Source: Oscillospiraceae bacterium (GTDB taxonomy: Bacteria > Bacillota > Clostridia > UBA1212). Taken from it: a stretch of DNA of 64,000 bases. Each line of letters starts with the position of its first letter. Position 1 is the first letter of the stretch. This document shows, piece by piece, positions 18,935 through 29,041 of this stretch. The stretch lies in NCBI GenBank assembly GCA_015069195.1, contig SVJA01000005.1, positions 10,860 through 74,859 of the forward strand, given 5' to 3'. The translations under genes were made by a program, and so were the position numbers. The notes below the pieces were generated by a model. That model was not told the DNA's origin and did no database searches. It worked only from the letters and a program-made list of their open reading frames with translations.

Positions 18935-19912
18935 TCAATTATTCATAAAACGGTCGTACTTTTCAAATTTCTTGAACGTTTCATTCAATTCGACATCGTC
19001 TGCATAGTCCGAATCCGCTGTAATTTCTTTTAATTTTACAACAGCGCCGAGTATACCGTCAACCTCTGACAATCCGTCAAGATTTTTTGTGTCCTCTGCC
19101 TTCAACAAACCGTTTAAAACAGCACAAATTCCGTCTTTATATTTTCCGATGAAAGAATTCTTATCCTCACGTTCAAGACCGGCAATTTCGTGCAATTTGT
19201 ACACAAGGCAACCCTTTACAGCACATTCACATGCAACATATTCTTCACCGCAGCTAACGGCAGCACCCTTTTCGAGCAACCATTCACGCACATTATCAGC
19301 AGGAGAAGCACTTATTTCAAAAATTGCAGCGACCTTACCGAAACCACCCGATGTAGACTCAGCAATTTCGACCATCAGGCTGTCATAATCTTCTTTCGGA
19401 ACAATATTTTCAAGTGCCCTGACCGCAAAAAGAGTAAATTCATCGTGCTGTGCAATAAATTTCAAAACATCGACATCATCTTTCGTTCCGGAGTAACCCA
19501 AAAGAGCAATTCCGAACTTAACAATTTCACGTTTTTCAGACTCTTTTATCATTCTCAAAGCCTCGATACGCATATCTGCTTTGTAAACGCTTTTTGTCAA
19601 AAAAGACAATACCGGATCAGCATAAGAAATTGCATAATATTTCGACAATTTTTTCACCATGTTGTCACGGTTTTTATCGCACGGTTTTACTATCTGTTTT
19701 TGCACTGCTCTCGAAAGCATAAAACACTGAACGGTTTTAGGTTTAAAATCATAAAACGACCTGAGTATATCCGCTTCAAAAGAACCCGGAACCCAGCTGT
19801 CACGGTAACGTTCTTCTATATCAGAATGATCCGCAAGCGGTACAACCGTATTCTTCGGCATTTTGCCGTTTTCTTCAATATATTTTTTCAATTCACTGTA
19901 AATACTTGACAT
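18935..19912 (-). CDS. Hypothetical 325-aa cytoplasmic protein
   Basis: ORF with GAGG RBS. No TM helix or signal peptide, helical-repeat-like composition. I recognise no family. Confidence 0.6.
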   Translation of the reverse strand: MSSIYSELKKYIEENGKMPKNTVVPLADHSDIEERYRDSWVPGSFEADILRSFYDFKPKTVQCFMLSRAVQKQIVKPCDKNRDNMVKKLSKYYAISYADPVLSFLTKSVYKADMRIEALRMIKESEKREIVKFGIALLGYSGTKDDVDVLKFIAQHDEFTLFAVRALENIVPKEDYDSLMVEIAESTSGGFGKVAAIFEISASPADNVREWLLEKGAAVSCGEEYVACECAVKGCLVYKLHEIAGLEREDKNSFIGKYKDGICAVLNGLLKAEDTKNLDGLSEVDGILGAVVKLKEITADSDYADDVELNETFKKFEKYDRFMNN

Positions 19913-19938
19913 ATTTTACCTCTGTAATATGCAAAATG

Positions 19939-19974
19939 CCGCGCCGCCGAAAAATTGCAACAGCGGCGGCGCGG
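19939..19974 (-). terminator. GC-rich hairpin (partial terminator/attenuator) after pheT
   Basis: CCGCGCCGCCG (19939-19949) pairs with CGGCGGCGCGG (19964-19974). On the minus strand it is followed by CAUUUUGCAU. Confidence 0.55.
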
Positions 19975-19988
19975 TCAATTATTCCTTA

Positions 19989-22433
19989 TCAGCGGAGCTC
20001 TGCTCCGAGCATTGTTTCAAGTCCGTTAAGAATTTTCTTCATCGGCTTATTTACATCATCATCTGTAAGAGTTTTATTTTCATCACGGAATGCAAGCGAG
20101 TATGCAAGGCTCTTTTTGCCCTCGCCTACCTGTGCACCTTCGTAGCAGTCAAACAACTTGCATGATTCAAGTACCTTACCACCGCGCTGCTTGATTATTT
20201 TCTCTACGGAACCTGCAGTAACGGCCTTATCTACAACTATAGCAAGGTCTCTTGTAACAGCCGGGAATTTAGGAAGTTCTTTGCTTACCGGAATATCCAC
20301 AGCGGCCTTCTCAATTACCGCAAAATCAAGCATTGCAACATATGAGTTTGCCGGACATTCAAATTTGTCTGCAACAATCGGATGTACCTGACCGAAGAAA
20401 CCTGCACTTTTGCCATTGATTATGAGTTTTGCGGTTCTGCCGGGGTGCATTGACGGATTTTCGGTCTCTGCTTCTGCTTCGTAGTTTGTTATGTGAAGTG
20501 AATCGAGAACTGCCTCAATTTCGCCCTTTATATCAAAGAATGTGCAGTTTCCGTATTTACCGAGGCTCACAAGTTCCTTATGCTCCGGAATCTTCGTTTC
20601 GTCCTCATCCTTTATATACACATACGAAATTTCAAATACGGATGCATCTGCTGTACGCTGAGCGGCATTGAAGCTCAATGTATTAAGGATTGTCGGAAGC
20701 ATTGATGTACGCATTACGCTGTAATCTTCTCCGAGCGGATTTGTGATTACTACGGCATCACGAAGTTTGCTGTCAGCGGGAAGATTGAGTTTGTCGCAAA
20801 GGCTCGGGCTCTCGAAAGAGAATGAAAGCATTTCATTGTATCCGAGACCTGTGAGCATTGTTCTGACCTTATCGCGTATAAGCTGTGTGCGGTTACGCTG
20901 ACCGAGTGTTGTTTCACAGCTTCCGAGAAGGCTGGACTTTATGTTGTTATAACCGAAGAATCTTGCGATTTCTTCTGCGATATCAGCCTCTCCGAGAAGG
21001 TCGCCTCTGAAACTCGGGGGAATTACCTTTTGACCGGCTACATCTACTTTACACTCAAGCTGTGTGAGTATATCAACCATCTGCTCCGTTGTCGCATCTG
21101 TTCCGAGGAATGCATTGATTTTTTCGGGAATGAATCTGATTTCCGGCATTGCTTTTTCTACAGGGTTTGACATTACAACACCCTTACATACGTCACCGGC
21201 ACCGAGAACTTCTATAAGATTTACGGCTCTTTCAAGTGCTTCGAGACAAGTTACAGTATCAAGACCTTTTTCAAATCTTGACGAAGCTTCTGTACGAAGC
21301 CCCACTTTCTTTGCACCGCGTCTTACTGTTACTGCATCAAATACTGCAGCTTCGAAGATAAGATCGGTTGTTTCTTCTGTAATCTCGGAATTCTCACCGC
21401 CCATTACACCTGCGATTGCTACCGCACCTTCGCTGTCTGCGATAACGAGCATACTGCTGTCCATTGTTCTCTCCTGACCGTCAAGAGTTTTTATAACCTC
21501 TCCGTCAGCGGCACGTCTTACAATTATTTTGTCATTATGAATTGTACGCTTGTCAAAAGCATGCATCGGCTGGCCGTATTCGAGCATTACGTAGTTTGTG
21601 ATATCTACGATGTTATTTATAGCACGCACACCTGCCGCTTCAAGTCTTTCACGCATCCACTTCGGTGAAGGTCCGATTTTTACATTTTTTACAACTCTTG
21701 CAGCATAAAGAGGACAAAGGTCTGCATCTTTTACTTCTACTGCAATCAAGTCTTCAGCTTTCGCGTCAGACTCTTCTTTTACCGTAAATTCAGGCTTTAT
21801 ATATTTTCCGCCCATTGTAACGGCTGCCTCACGAGCCAATCCGAGAATACTGAAACAGTCTGCTCTGTTTGAAGTTACTTCAAAATCAATTACATTTTCG
21901 CTTACGCCGAGAACTGCAAGGATATCTTTGCCTATAAATGCATCAAACTGCTCGTCTGTAAGACCTTCAAACATTTTAAGATCCTGAAGAACCATAATAC
22001 CGTCGTCAATTCCGCCCTCATAATCAAGATGTGAAAGACCTATTTCCTCAAAAGAGCACATCATACCGAATGAGTTCTCTCCGCGAAGTTTTCCGCTCTT
22101 TATTTTTACGCCGCCTGCGATTGTGGACTTATCAAGAGCTACAGGAATAAGAGCATTTGTGCGTACGTTCTGTGCGCCTGTTACTATCTGAAGAAGTCCG
22201 TCATTGTACTCACCTACATCCATCTGACACACAAACATGTGGTCTGAGTTCTGATGTCTTTCAAATGAAATACATTTACCGACAACTACTCTGTCAATCT
22301 CTCCGCCGAGTTTATCTACGGATTCAACTTTTGTACCGCTGATAGTCATTGCTTCAGCGAGTTCGTGTATAGCTTTGTCTCCCGATACTTCGAGATCAGT
22401 ATATTCTGTTAACCATTTAACCGGTGCTTTCAT
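19989..22433 (-). CDS. pheT: Phenylalanine--tRNA ligase beta subunit
   Basis: 814 aa. N-terminal tRNA-binding domain, B3/4 and B5 domains, C-terminal FDX-ACB domain. Immediately downstream of pheS. Confidence 0.96.
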   Translation of the reverse strand: MKAPVKWLTEYTDLEVSGDKAIHELAEAMTISGTKVESVDKLGGEIDRVVVGKCISFERHQNSDHMFVCQMDVGEYNDGLLQIVTGAQNVRTNALIPVALDKSTIAGGVKIKSGKLRGENSFGMMCSFEEIGLSHLDYEGGIDDGIMVLQDLKMFEGLTDEQFDAFIGKDILAVLGVSENVIDFEVTSNRADCFSILGLAREAAVTMGGKYIKPEFTVKEESDAKAEDLIAVEVKDADLCPLYAARVVKNVKIGPSPKWMRERLEAAGVRAINNIVDITNYVMLEYGQPMHAFDKRTIHNDKIIVRRAADGEVIKTLDGQERTMDSSMLVIADSEGAVAIAGVMGGENSEITEETTDLIFEAAVFDAVTVRRGAKKVGLRTEASSRFEKGLDTVTCLEALERAVNLIEVLGAGDVCKGVVMSNPVEKAMPEIRFIPEKINAFLGTDATTEQMVDILTQLECKVDVAGQKVIPPSFRGDLLGEADIAEEIARFFGYNNIKSSLLGSCETTLGQRNRTQLIRDKVRTMLTGLGYNEMLSFSFESPSLCDKLNLPADSKLRDAVVITNPLGEDYSVMRTSMLPTILNTLSFNAAQRTADASVFEISYVYIKDEDETKIPEHKELVSLGKYGNCTFFDIKGEIEAVLDSLHITNYEAEAETENPSMHPGRTAKLIINGKSAGFFGQVHPIVADKFECPANSYVAMLDFAVIEKAAVDIPVSKELPKFPAVTRDLAIVVDKAVTAGSVEKIIKQRGGKVLESCKLFDCYEGAQVGEGKKSLAYSLAFRDENKTLTDDDVNKPMKKILNGLETMLGAELR

Positions 22434-22452
22434 TTCACAAATACCTCCCTTA

Positions 22453-23472
22453 TCAGAACTGTTTTAAGAAACGAACGTCGTTCTCATAGAAATTTCTGAT
22501 GTCTTTTACGCCGAAACGAGCCATCGCAGTTCTTTCGATACCGATACCGAATGCAAATCCGCTGTACTCTTCGGGATCAATTCCGCAACGTTTAAGAACG
22601 TCAGGATGTACCATACCGCAACCGAGGACTTCTATCCAGCCTTCGCCTTTACATACACGGCAACCTTCGCCGCCGCAAGACCAACAAGATACGTCAACTT
22701 CGGCACTCGGCTCTGTGAACGGGAAGTGGTGAGGACGAAGTCTTATCTTTGTATTCTCACCGAACATCTTTTTAGCAAATATTTCGAGTGTGCCTTTAAG
22801 GTCACCCATTGTAACGCCCTTATCTACAACAAGTCCTTCGAGCTGATGGAATACAGGTGAATGTGTAGCATCCATGCTGTCGGAACGGTAAACTTTACCA
22901 GGGCTTATAATCTTTATCGGGGGCTTTTTGTGCTCCATTACATGAATCTGAACACTTGAAGTCTGTGTTCTGAGAAGAATTTTTTCTGTAATATAGAAAG
23001 TATCCTGAGTATCTCTTGCAGGATGTCCCTCAGGAAGATTGAGTGCTTCGAAGTTGTAGTAATCGTACTCAACCTCAGGTCCTTCTGCGATCTCGTAACC
23101 CATACCGATAAAAAGATTCTTCATCTCGTCAATAACCTGATTGAGCGGATGGAAGCTACCTTTTTCTTTCTTTACTCCGGGCATTGTAACATCAAGCTTC
23201 TCTTCCTCAAGTCGCTTGAGACTCTCTGCAGACTTTATAGCAGTGAGTTTTGTACCGAGCTCGGTCTCCATATATTCTCTGATAGTATTTACGAGCTGAC
23301 CTACGACTGGTCTTTCCTCGGGAGCAAGTTTGCCCATGCCGCGAAGCACGGAAGTAAGTTCACCTTTTTTGCCGAGATATCCGACACGAAGTTCTTCTAT
23401 CTCTGCCAAAGTTTCAGCCGCTGCAATTTTTTCTGCAAAATCACTGCGGATTTTTTCGAGCATTTCTTTCAT
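22453..23472 (-). CDS. pheS: Phenylalanine--tRNA ligase alpha subunit
   Basis: Class II aaRS blocks [44 protein letters not shown]. Confidence 0.96.
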   Translation of the reverse strand: MKEMLEKIRSDFAEKIAAAETLAEIEELRVGYLGKKGELTSVLRGMGKLAPEERPVVGQLVNTIREYMETELGTKLTAIKSAESLKRLEEEKLDVTMPGVKKEKGSFHPLNQVIDEMKNLFIGMGYEIAEGPEVEYDYYNFEALNLPEGHPARDTQDTFYITEKILLRTQTSSVQIHVMEHKKPPIKIISPGKVYRSDSMDATHSPVFHQLEGLVVDKGVTMGDLKGTLEIFAKKMFGENTKIRLRPHHFPFTEPSAEVDVSCWSCGGEGCRVCKGEGWIEVLGCGMVHPDVLKRCGIDPEEYSGFAFGIGIERTAMARFGVKDIRNFYENDVRFLKQF

Positions 23473-23527
23473 CTTTTTCCTCCGAAATAATTTATATGAA
23501 ATTAATTTTTAACGCTTTTGGGGCAAC

Positions 23528-23800
23528 TGCCGCAAACAAAACAAAAGCCCTGTGCAAAGCTCTCAAAACTTTGCACAGGGACGAAATATCTTTCCGCGGT
23601 ACCACCCTGTTTTTTATCATCTCATATGCCGCAAAAGGCATACAAACTGTCACACAAGTGCAGTGTCTGATAAACACTCTATGATATAACGGTCATCCCC
23701 GTTTTCCGCTACACGGACAAAATCTTTCACGGAAAAAGCTCCGGAGTGAACTTCGTAATATCACGACACCAAGATGCTCACAGCTAACACATCTCTCTCT
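23528..23800 (-). promoter_or_regulatory. T-box riboswitch leader (Phe specifier) controlling pheST
   Basis: On the minus strand: AGAGA/GUGA stem I elements near 23775-23795. Candidate specifier UUC followed by A (23748-23750). T-box core AGGGUGGUACCGCGG (RC of 23594-23608). Terminator CCCTGTGCAAAG (23548-23559) / CTTTGCACAGGG (23569-23580), followed by CUUUUGUUUUGUUU. Confidence 0.88.
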
Positions 23801-23884
23801 GAAAGGCACGCGATAAGACTACTTTTCTCCATCACAGCTTGTTTTTATGCGTTTGGTTAAATATACAATAGCCGTGCGATAAAG

Positions 23885-24595
23885 TCAAATAAAATTCGCA
23901 TCATTGCTTACTTCTACACTGTTTTTAGCGGAATTTTCCGCAATTTCGGCAACAGGTGCTGTATCCTCATCCTGTGCCTCGGGCTGTAGTTCCGAAACCT
24001 CATCAGAAACAACTTCCGAAACAACTCCGTCTTCTGCTACCGAAATTTCCTCTGCGGGAAGTTTTTTAAGTTTAAAGTACGCAGAAATACCTCTCGAAAG
24101 ATCAATAATTACCCAAACGTGAAAAACTATATCGAGTATATTTTCAATGGCAAATCCGCTTAAGAAAAACATAGCTACTGTGTCTATCGAAAACATAACA
24201 AGAGCAGCTATAAGCCAGCCTACTCTTTTCTTGTTTGAGAATATCCAACAAAGCAAGTATGTTGCAACTATCAACGCCGCAATCACGGTAAGAACAATTA
24301 CGACACCGTTACCGTAACCGATAAATTCATGCCCTTCAGGTACAACATCCGCATACATCTCAGCAGGAAACTTGCCGCCGAAATACAGACCGAAATATGT
24401 CATAAAATACGGAACTGAAGCTGAAAAAAGGAAATATGATGATGAATCCAGAAACAACATTATCATATTTATAACGGTAAATACTACTACCAACAAAAGA
24501 TTTAATCTTGAATTTTTGTACTTTGCCTCTAAAAGATCACGCTGTGTCAACTGTACCACAGTATTAGCATCTGTGGTGTTTTTAAACAATCCCAT
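23885..24595 (-). CDS. Hypothetical integral membrane protein (about 4 TM) with acidic C-terminal tail
   Basis: Hydrophobic helices (LLLVVVFTVINMIMLFL, VVIVLTVIAALIVATYLLCWIF, WLIAALVMFSIDTVAMFFL, FHVWVIIDL) and an Glu/Val/Ser-rich tail. Confidence 0.6.
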   Translation of the reverse strand: MGLFKNTTDANTVVQLTQRDLLEAKYKNSRLNLLLVVVFTVINMIMLFLDSSSYFLFSASVPYFMTYFGLYFGGKFPAEMYADVVPEGHEFIGYGNGVVIVLTVIAALIVATYLLCWIFSNKKRVGWLIAALVMFSIDTVAMFFLSGFAIENILDIVFHVWVIIDLSRGISAYFKLKKLPAEEISVAEDGVVSEVVSDEVSELQPEAQDEDTAPVAEIAENSAKNSVEVSNDANFI

Positions 24596-24600
24596 AAAAA

Positions 24601-25254
24601 TTACCTGCCTTTCAAATATCCGAGCACTTGCTCTGCAATCTGCTCCATACCTCTAATATCCGGATGACCCGAACGTTTCTCTATATCTTTAAGTTCTATA
24701 AGTTCTGCGCCGTACCTCACCGCCGCATCACGGAGTCCGTCATTTATCTCAGGTTTCAGATCGCAGTTAAGTATACAAATCAAGCGTACTCCGGGAAAAA
24801 GATCCTTCACTCTTTTTAAGAGATAATTTACGGCAGGAAGGTATGAAAACAAATCTTCCTTTGTCCAGCCGGAAGTCATAGTTTCACCGATTGGAGAATT
24901 TGCCCACGAATCATTCGTACCGCCAAACACGATAAAAGTATCAACTGTTTTATTAGAAAACCATCCGTCTGCCACAATGTCATCAAATCGACCTACAAAC
25001 GAGGCATTGGAACAGTCACCTGCGTACCCCGTATGGCAAATCGTAGTTCCCGAATAACTGCAGTTAAGTACAAGCTCAGACTTTGTATTATCCAGAACTT
25101 TCTTCCACCAAGTCTGCTCTACCTTATCCACATCAGTATCGTTGCGTATAACATCATAATACCAAGTCGCGTAGCCTTCGGGAATATGACCCTCAAAAGT
25201 GGAATAACTGTCACCCAATATAAAAACTTTACCTAAATCAACCAAAGGGATCAC
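24601..25254 (-). CDS. SGNH/GDSL family hydrolase
   Basis: Block I ILGDSYS, block III GGTNDS, C-terminal GHPD. The start is a GTG with a weak RBS, so the exact start is uncertain. Confidence 0.75.
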   Translation of the reverse strand: MIPLVDLGKVFILGDSYSTFEGHIPEGYATWYYDVIRNDTDVDKVEQTWWKKVLDNTKSELVLNCSYSGTTICHTGYAGDCSNASFVGRFDDIVADGWFSNKTVDTFIVFGGTNDSWANSPIGETMTSGWTKEDLFSYLPAVNYLLKRVKDLFPGVRLICILNCDLKPEINDGLRDAAVRYGAELIELKDIEKRSGHPDIRGMEQIAEQVLGYLKGR

Positions 25255-25302
25255 CTCACGGATATTTACAATATTGTTACAAACGTTATTTTAAATGCAA
25301 AA

Positions 25303-25328
25303 ACCGCGAAGCGCAAGCGTTTCGCGGT
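25303..25328 (-). terminator. Intrinsic terminator after rplS
   Basis: ACCGCGAA (25303-25310) pairs with TTCGCGGT (25321-25328). The minus-strand RNA continues UUUUGCAUUU. Confidence 0.75.
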
Positions 25329-25356
25329 CAACTCAGTCAAATAATCCGAATCAAAA

Positions 25357-25698
25357 TCAAATTCTTTCTTTAACCTTAGCAGCTTTACCAACTCTATCGC
25401 GGAGATAGTAGAGTTTCGCTCTTCTGACTTTACCGTGACGAACAAGCTCAACCTTGTCAATCTTAGGTGAATGTACGGGGAATATTCTCTCGACACCTAC
25501 ACCATAAGATACACGTCTTACTGTGAAAGTCTCTTTAACACCCTCGCCGCGCTTTGAGATAACAGTACCTTCGAAAACCTGAATTCTCTCACGGTTACCT
25601 TCTTTGATCATAAAGTGAACTTTTACATAGTCACCGATCTCGATATTAGCTACATTTTCTTTCATGTAGTCTGCTTCTACAGCCTTAATAATATCCAT
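25357..25698 (-). CDS. rplS: 50S ribosomal protein L19
   Basis: [16 protein letters not shown]...[30 protein letters not shown]...RRAKLYYLR is canonical L19. ATG 25698; the ORF-track extension to 25782 lies in the leader. Confidence 0.96.
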   Translation of the reverse strand: MDIIKAVEADYMKENVANIEIGDYVKVHFMIKEGNRERIQVFEGTVISKRGEGVKETFTVRRVSYGVGVERIFPVHSPKIDKVELVRHGKVRRAKLYYLRDRVGKAAKVKERI

Positions 25699-25787
25699 AC
25701 TTCTATACACTCCTTTCTTGCTCAGACGTTCGTACGTGTAATCATAGAGGACCGTCCTAATCCAAATGCTGATAAACAGCAAGAGGT

Positions 25788-25816
25788 ATTTTACAGAAAT
25801 AAAATACCTTTGTCAA
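25788..25816 (-). promoter_or_regulatory. Sigma-A type promoter of rplS
   Basis: Minus strand: TTGACA (RC of 25811-25816), 17-nt spacer, TAAAAT (RC of 25788-25793). Predicts a ~83-nt 5' UTR. Confidence 0.65.
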
Positions 25817-25854
25817 CTGTATTTTTAACTATTTTCCGAAAAATCAGACCCATA

Positions 25855-26811
25855 TCATTCTTGCGGAATTGCTTTAAATATTTCTTTTGCAAACTCCTCC
25901 GCTTTTTCTGATTTTTCTGTTTTGTGACAAAATGCAAGTATCATACTCTTTTCCTGACCTTTTTGTTCATTGTACAACCACGCAAGATTTGTATCATCAA
26001 AAAATGTCGAATCGGTAACGTCAATTCCGTAAACGCCCTCTTCTATCACAATTTTAGCACCTTCTTCGGAAGAATAAGTTACAGCTTCCAATTTCTTCGC
26101 ATCAGGATTTTCTGCATAATATTCGTCGATAAGGAACTGAATATCTTTGAATGCTTTCTGTGCAACGTACACATCAAAAGATTCTTTATCAATCAGCACT
26201 ACATCAAGATGTCCTGCAAGCAACTGTGACAAAAATGCGGTAGCCTGCGCCTGTGAAGTCTGGTCATACGAAGTCTCTGATGTAACCGTGAAAAAGCTCA
26301 TCTGAACATTGTCAACTGCTTCCGACTTCTCATCAATCTGATTTTTAAGAGTAGTTTCACTGACCGCACCGTATGCTCCGACGAATTTTAGTCGTAAATC
26401 CTCTTTGCCGTTCTTTGTTACCTGCCATGCAAAAATAACAGCACCGACAACAAGTATACCTAATGTTATCAAAAGAACATTATACTGATCGCAAAAAGCA
26501 CAGACCTTTGCCCAGAACTTCTGCAAACCGTAAGGCACTGATGAACTGGGATCATAAAATGAAAAGTCATGAGTTATACCCATAATATCATCATATGCTT
26601 TTGTTATCTTCTCATAGTATGCAGCATCCTCGTCGGTAACACCGTACTCATCTGTTTTTTGTTTGTACTGTCTGAGAAGCGCACCGTATTTATTCTTAAC
26701 AATATCGTCGGAAACGCCCGGCTCAAGACCGAGTATTTTATAACTGCCTGTTTTATCGACGGACTCTTCCGTCAAAGTATCAGACACTTTAAGTTCTTCG
26801 TTATTTTCCAT
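25855..26811 (-). CDS. J-domain-like membrane protein (no HPD motif)
   Basis: YKILGLEPGVSDDIVKNKYGALLRQYKQ ... YYEKITKAYDDI resembles J-domain helices I-III, but no His-Pro-Asp is present. One TM (LLITLGILVVGAVIFAW), then a ~180-aa extracytoplasmic domain. Confidence 0.6.
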   Translation of the reverse strand: MENNEELKVSDTLTEESVDKTGSYKILGLEPGVSDDIVKNKYGALLRQYKQKTDEYGVTDEDAAYYEKITKAYDDIMGITHDFSFYDPSSSVPYGLQKFWAKVCAFCDQYNVLLITLGILVVGAVIFAWQVTKNGKEDLRLKFVGAYGAVSETTLKNQIDEKSEAVDNVQMSFFTVTSETSYDQTSQAQATAFLSQLLAGHLDVVLIDKESFDVYVAQKAFKDIQFLIDEYYAENPDAKKLEAVTYSSEEGAKIVIEEGVYGIDVTDSTFFDDTNLAWLYNEQKGQEKSMILAFCHKTEKSEKAEEFAKEIFKAIPQE

Positions 26812-26921
26812 ATTTTAACCCTCTGTAAATTTAACTCAAAATATTATTCACATGAACTGTTTATATTATAGATGTTATTCGAAGATTTATCAAGCAAGCG
26901 TACTGACCCATCCGGATTTCA

Positions 26922-26950
26922 TTGAAAAATTTTCAATATTTTGGTAAAAT
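26922..26950 (+). promoter_or_regulatory. Sigma-A type promoter of hflKC
   Basis: TTGAAA (26922-26927), 17-nt spacer, TAAAAT (26945-26950). Confidence 0.55.
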
Positions 26951-27007
26951 ATGAATAGAATTTAAATATTCAGAAAGCTTATTTCTCATTTTTAAGGAGG
27001 AGATTTT

Positions 27008-28000
27008 ATGGCAGAGAAAAAGGTTTATACGGTTTACGAAAACCCTTTCAAAAAAATGACACCTAAGACAAAGAAAACGTTAAAAATCACGGCAATTGCG
27101 GCAATCGTTGTTATTTTGGTAGTGATTATAAGTTCAAGTTGTTGGTACACTATCAGCGATAAGCAGAACGCTGTAGTTACCACATTCGGTAAAGTTACAA
27201 GCGTTGTTGAAGAACCGGGCATCCACCTGAAAGTTCCTTTCGGTATACAGAAAGCACGCCTTGTCGATACAAATGTATACCAGAAAATTTACGTGGGCTA
27301 TACAGTAGACGAAAACGGTAATGAACTCGCAGTTGATGACGAAAGCAAAATGATTACAGGAGATTTCAATATAGTAAACATTGACTTTTACATCGAATAC
27401 AAAGTTACAAATCCCGAAAAGTATCTTTACGCTTCGGAAAGCCCCGAAACAATACTTAAAAACCTCGTACAGAGCCAGGTCAGAAATGTTGTAAGTTCGT
27501 ATGATGTAGATGATGTACTCACCACAAAGAAATCCGAAATACAGGCAGTTTCCAAAGAACTTATCACAGAAGAACTCGAAAAATATGATATCGGTCTTAT
27601 GCTTATTGATGTAAAAATACAGGATGCCGAAGCTCCTACGCAAGAAGTTATCGCAGCATTCAAATCAGTTGAAACAGCAAAACAAGGTGCAGAGACAGCA
27701 CTTAACGAAGCAAAGGCTTACGAAAATGCAAAGCTTCCCGAAGCTCAGGCTACCGCTGATAAATTGATACAAAACGCAGAGTTTTTAAAACAGAACAGAA
27801 TAAATGAAGCTAAAGAAGAAATTTCTATGTTCACCGCTATGTACACACAGTATTCAGTTAACCCCGAGATCACTAAAAAAAGAATGTACTACGAGGCAAT
27901 AGAAAAGATTCTTCCGAAAGCAAAGCTTTATATAAACACAAACGAAAGCGGAACATCCACTATTCTTCCTTTGGAATCACTGACCGGTGCTTCTAAATGA
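27008..28000 (+). CDS. hflK: FtsH protease modulator HflK (SPFH/band 7)
   Basis: N-terminal TM, SPFH domain (FGKVTSVVEEPGIHLKVPFGI), coiled-coil C-terminus. AAGGAGGAG RBS. Followed by hflC. Confidence 0.88.
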   Translation: MAEKKVYTVYENPFKKMTPKTKKTLKITAIAAIVVILVVIISSSCWYTISDKQNAVVTTFGKVTSVVEEPGIHLKVPFGIQKARLVDTNVYQKIYVGYTVDENGNELAVDDESKMITGDFNIVNIDFYIEYKVTNPEKYLYASESPETILKNLVQSQVRNVVSSYDVDDVLTTKKSEIQAVSKELITEELEKYDIGLMLIDVKIQDAEAPTQEVIAAFKSVETAKQGAETALNEAKAYENAKLPEAQATADKLIQNAEFLKQNRINEAKEEISMFTAMYTQYSVNPEITKKRMYYEAIEKILPKAKLYINTNESGTSTILPLESLTGASK

Positions 28001-28033
28001 TTACTGAGATAATACAGAAAGGAAAGAAAAAAT

Positions 28034-28918
28034 ATGAAAAAAGTTGTAAAAATCACTTTGATAGTTGTTCTGGCACTGCTTTGCATCGGACTTGCAAGTT
28101 CAATGTATGTTGTAGAAGAGAATGAATACGCATTTGTACTTCGTTTCAATAAAGTAGAAAACATCAGAAAAGAGGCAGGACTCCACTTCAAGATACCGTT
28201 CCTTGATTCAGTAAAAACATTGCCGTCAAATACGCTCCAGTACGACCTTGCACCGTCAGATGTTCTGACAAGCGATTCAAAGGCGATGAGTGTTGACAGC
28301 TATGTTCTTTGGAAAATCACTGACCCTATGACTTTCTATAAAACAGTAGGTTCTATAAGCGAGGCACAAAGCAGACTTGACGCGGCCACATACAATGCTC
28401 TCAAAAACATAATCGGTACTATCACACAGGATTCCATCATAACCGCTTCAGTAGAAGACGGCAGAACCGACCTCAACGTTACTATCTACGAACAAGTAAA
28501 AGAATTGACCGACGACTACGGTATCACTGTATCTGATGTAAAAATAAAGCGTCTGGATCTCCCTGCAGAAAACGAAGCTGCTGTTTATGAAAGAATGATT
28601 TCCGACAGAAAACAGATTGCAGAAAAACATCGTGCAGAGGGTGAAGCAGAAGCCACAAAGCTCCGCAGCGAAGTTGACAAAAAAGTAAACATCCTTATAT
28701 CCGATGCAGAAGCACAGGCTGCCGTAATAGAAGCAGAAGGTGAAAGCGAATACATGAAGATGTTGGCAGATGCTTTCAATACAAAAGAGAAACAAGAATT
28801 CTACGAATTTGTACGTTCTCTTGAAGCACTCGAAACTTCACTCGACGGAAATAACAACACTATTATCCTTGACGAGGATTCAGATATAGTTAAGACTTTG
28901 ATGGGATTAGAGAATTAA
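28034..28918 (+). CDS. hflC: FtsH protease modulator HflC (SPFH/band 7)
   Basis: TM, SPFH domain (FNKVENIRKEAGLHFKIPFLDSV), coiled coil with AEGEAEA. Confidence 0.88.
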   Translation: MKKVVKITLIVVLALLCIGLASSMYVVEENEYAFVLRFNKVENIRKEAGLHFKIPFLDSVKTLPSNTLQYDLAPSDVLTSDSKAMSVDSYVLWKITDPMTFYKTVGSISEAQSRLDAATYNALKNIIGTITQDSIITASVEDGRTDLNVTIYEQVKELTDDYGITVSDVKIKRLDLPAENEAAVYERMISDRKQIAEKHRAEGEAEATKLRSEVDKKVNILISDAEAQAAVIEAEGESEYMKMLADAFNTKEKQEFYEFVRSLEALETSLDGNNNTIILDEDSDIVKTLMGLEN

Positions 28919-28920
28919 AA

Positions 28921-28985
28921 ACAATACCGACCGTCAATCCTGGTTTAGCTACGCTAAAAAGGATTGACGGTCGGTATTTGTTTTT
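28921..28985 (+). terminator. hflC terminator, a long hairpin with a conserved 28-nt apex
   Basis: ATACCGACCGTCAATCC (28924-28940) pairs with GGATTGACGGTCGGTAT (28961-28977), followed by TTGTTTTT. Confidence 0.8.
28937..28964 (+). repeat. 28-nt apical motif ATCCTGGTTTAGCTACGCTAAAAAGGAT (copy 1)
   Basis: Exact inverted copy at 29066-29093. Confidence 0.9.
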
Positions 28986-29041
28986 AATTAACGGAGGTTT
29001 GTCAAATAGTACCCCCCAGATTAAATTATCATAATCACTAT

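Noticed and set aside
23492-23684. Two ~60-aa ORFs on opposite strands upstream of pheS.
   Set aside because: They overlap the T-box core and its terminator hairpin. The region is explained by the Phe T-box leader.
25699-25787. Autoregulatory L19 leader structure in the rplS 5' UTR (UCUUGCU 25778-25784 pairing with AGCAAGA 25716-25722, next to the SD).
   Set aside because: The 5' arm overlaps the predicted transcription start, so it may not be in the RNA. The remaining helices are 4 bp. I cannot match it to the known L19 leader model without a covariance-model search.
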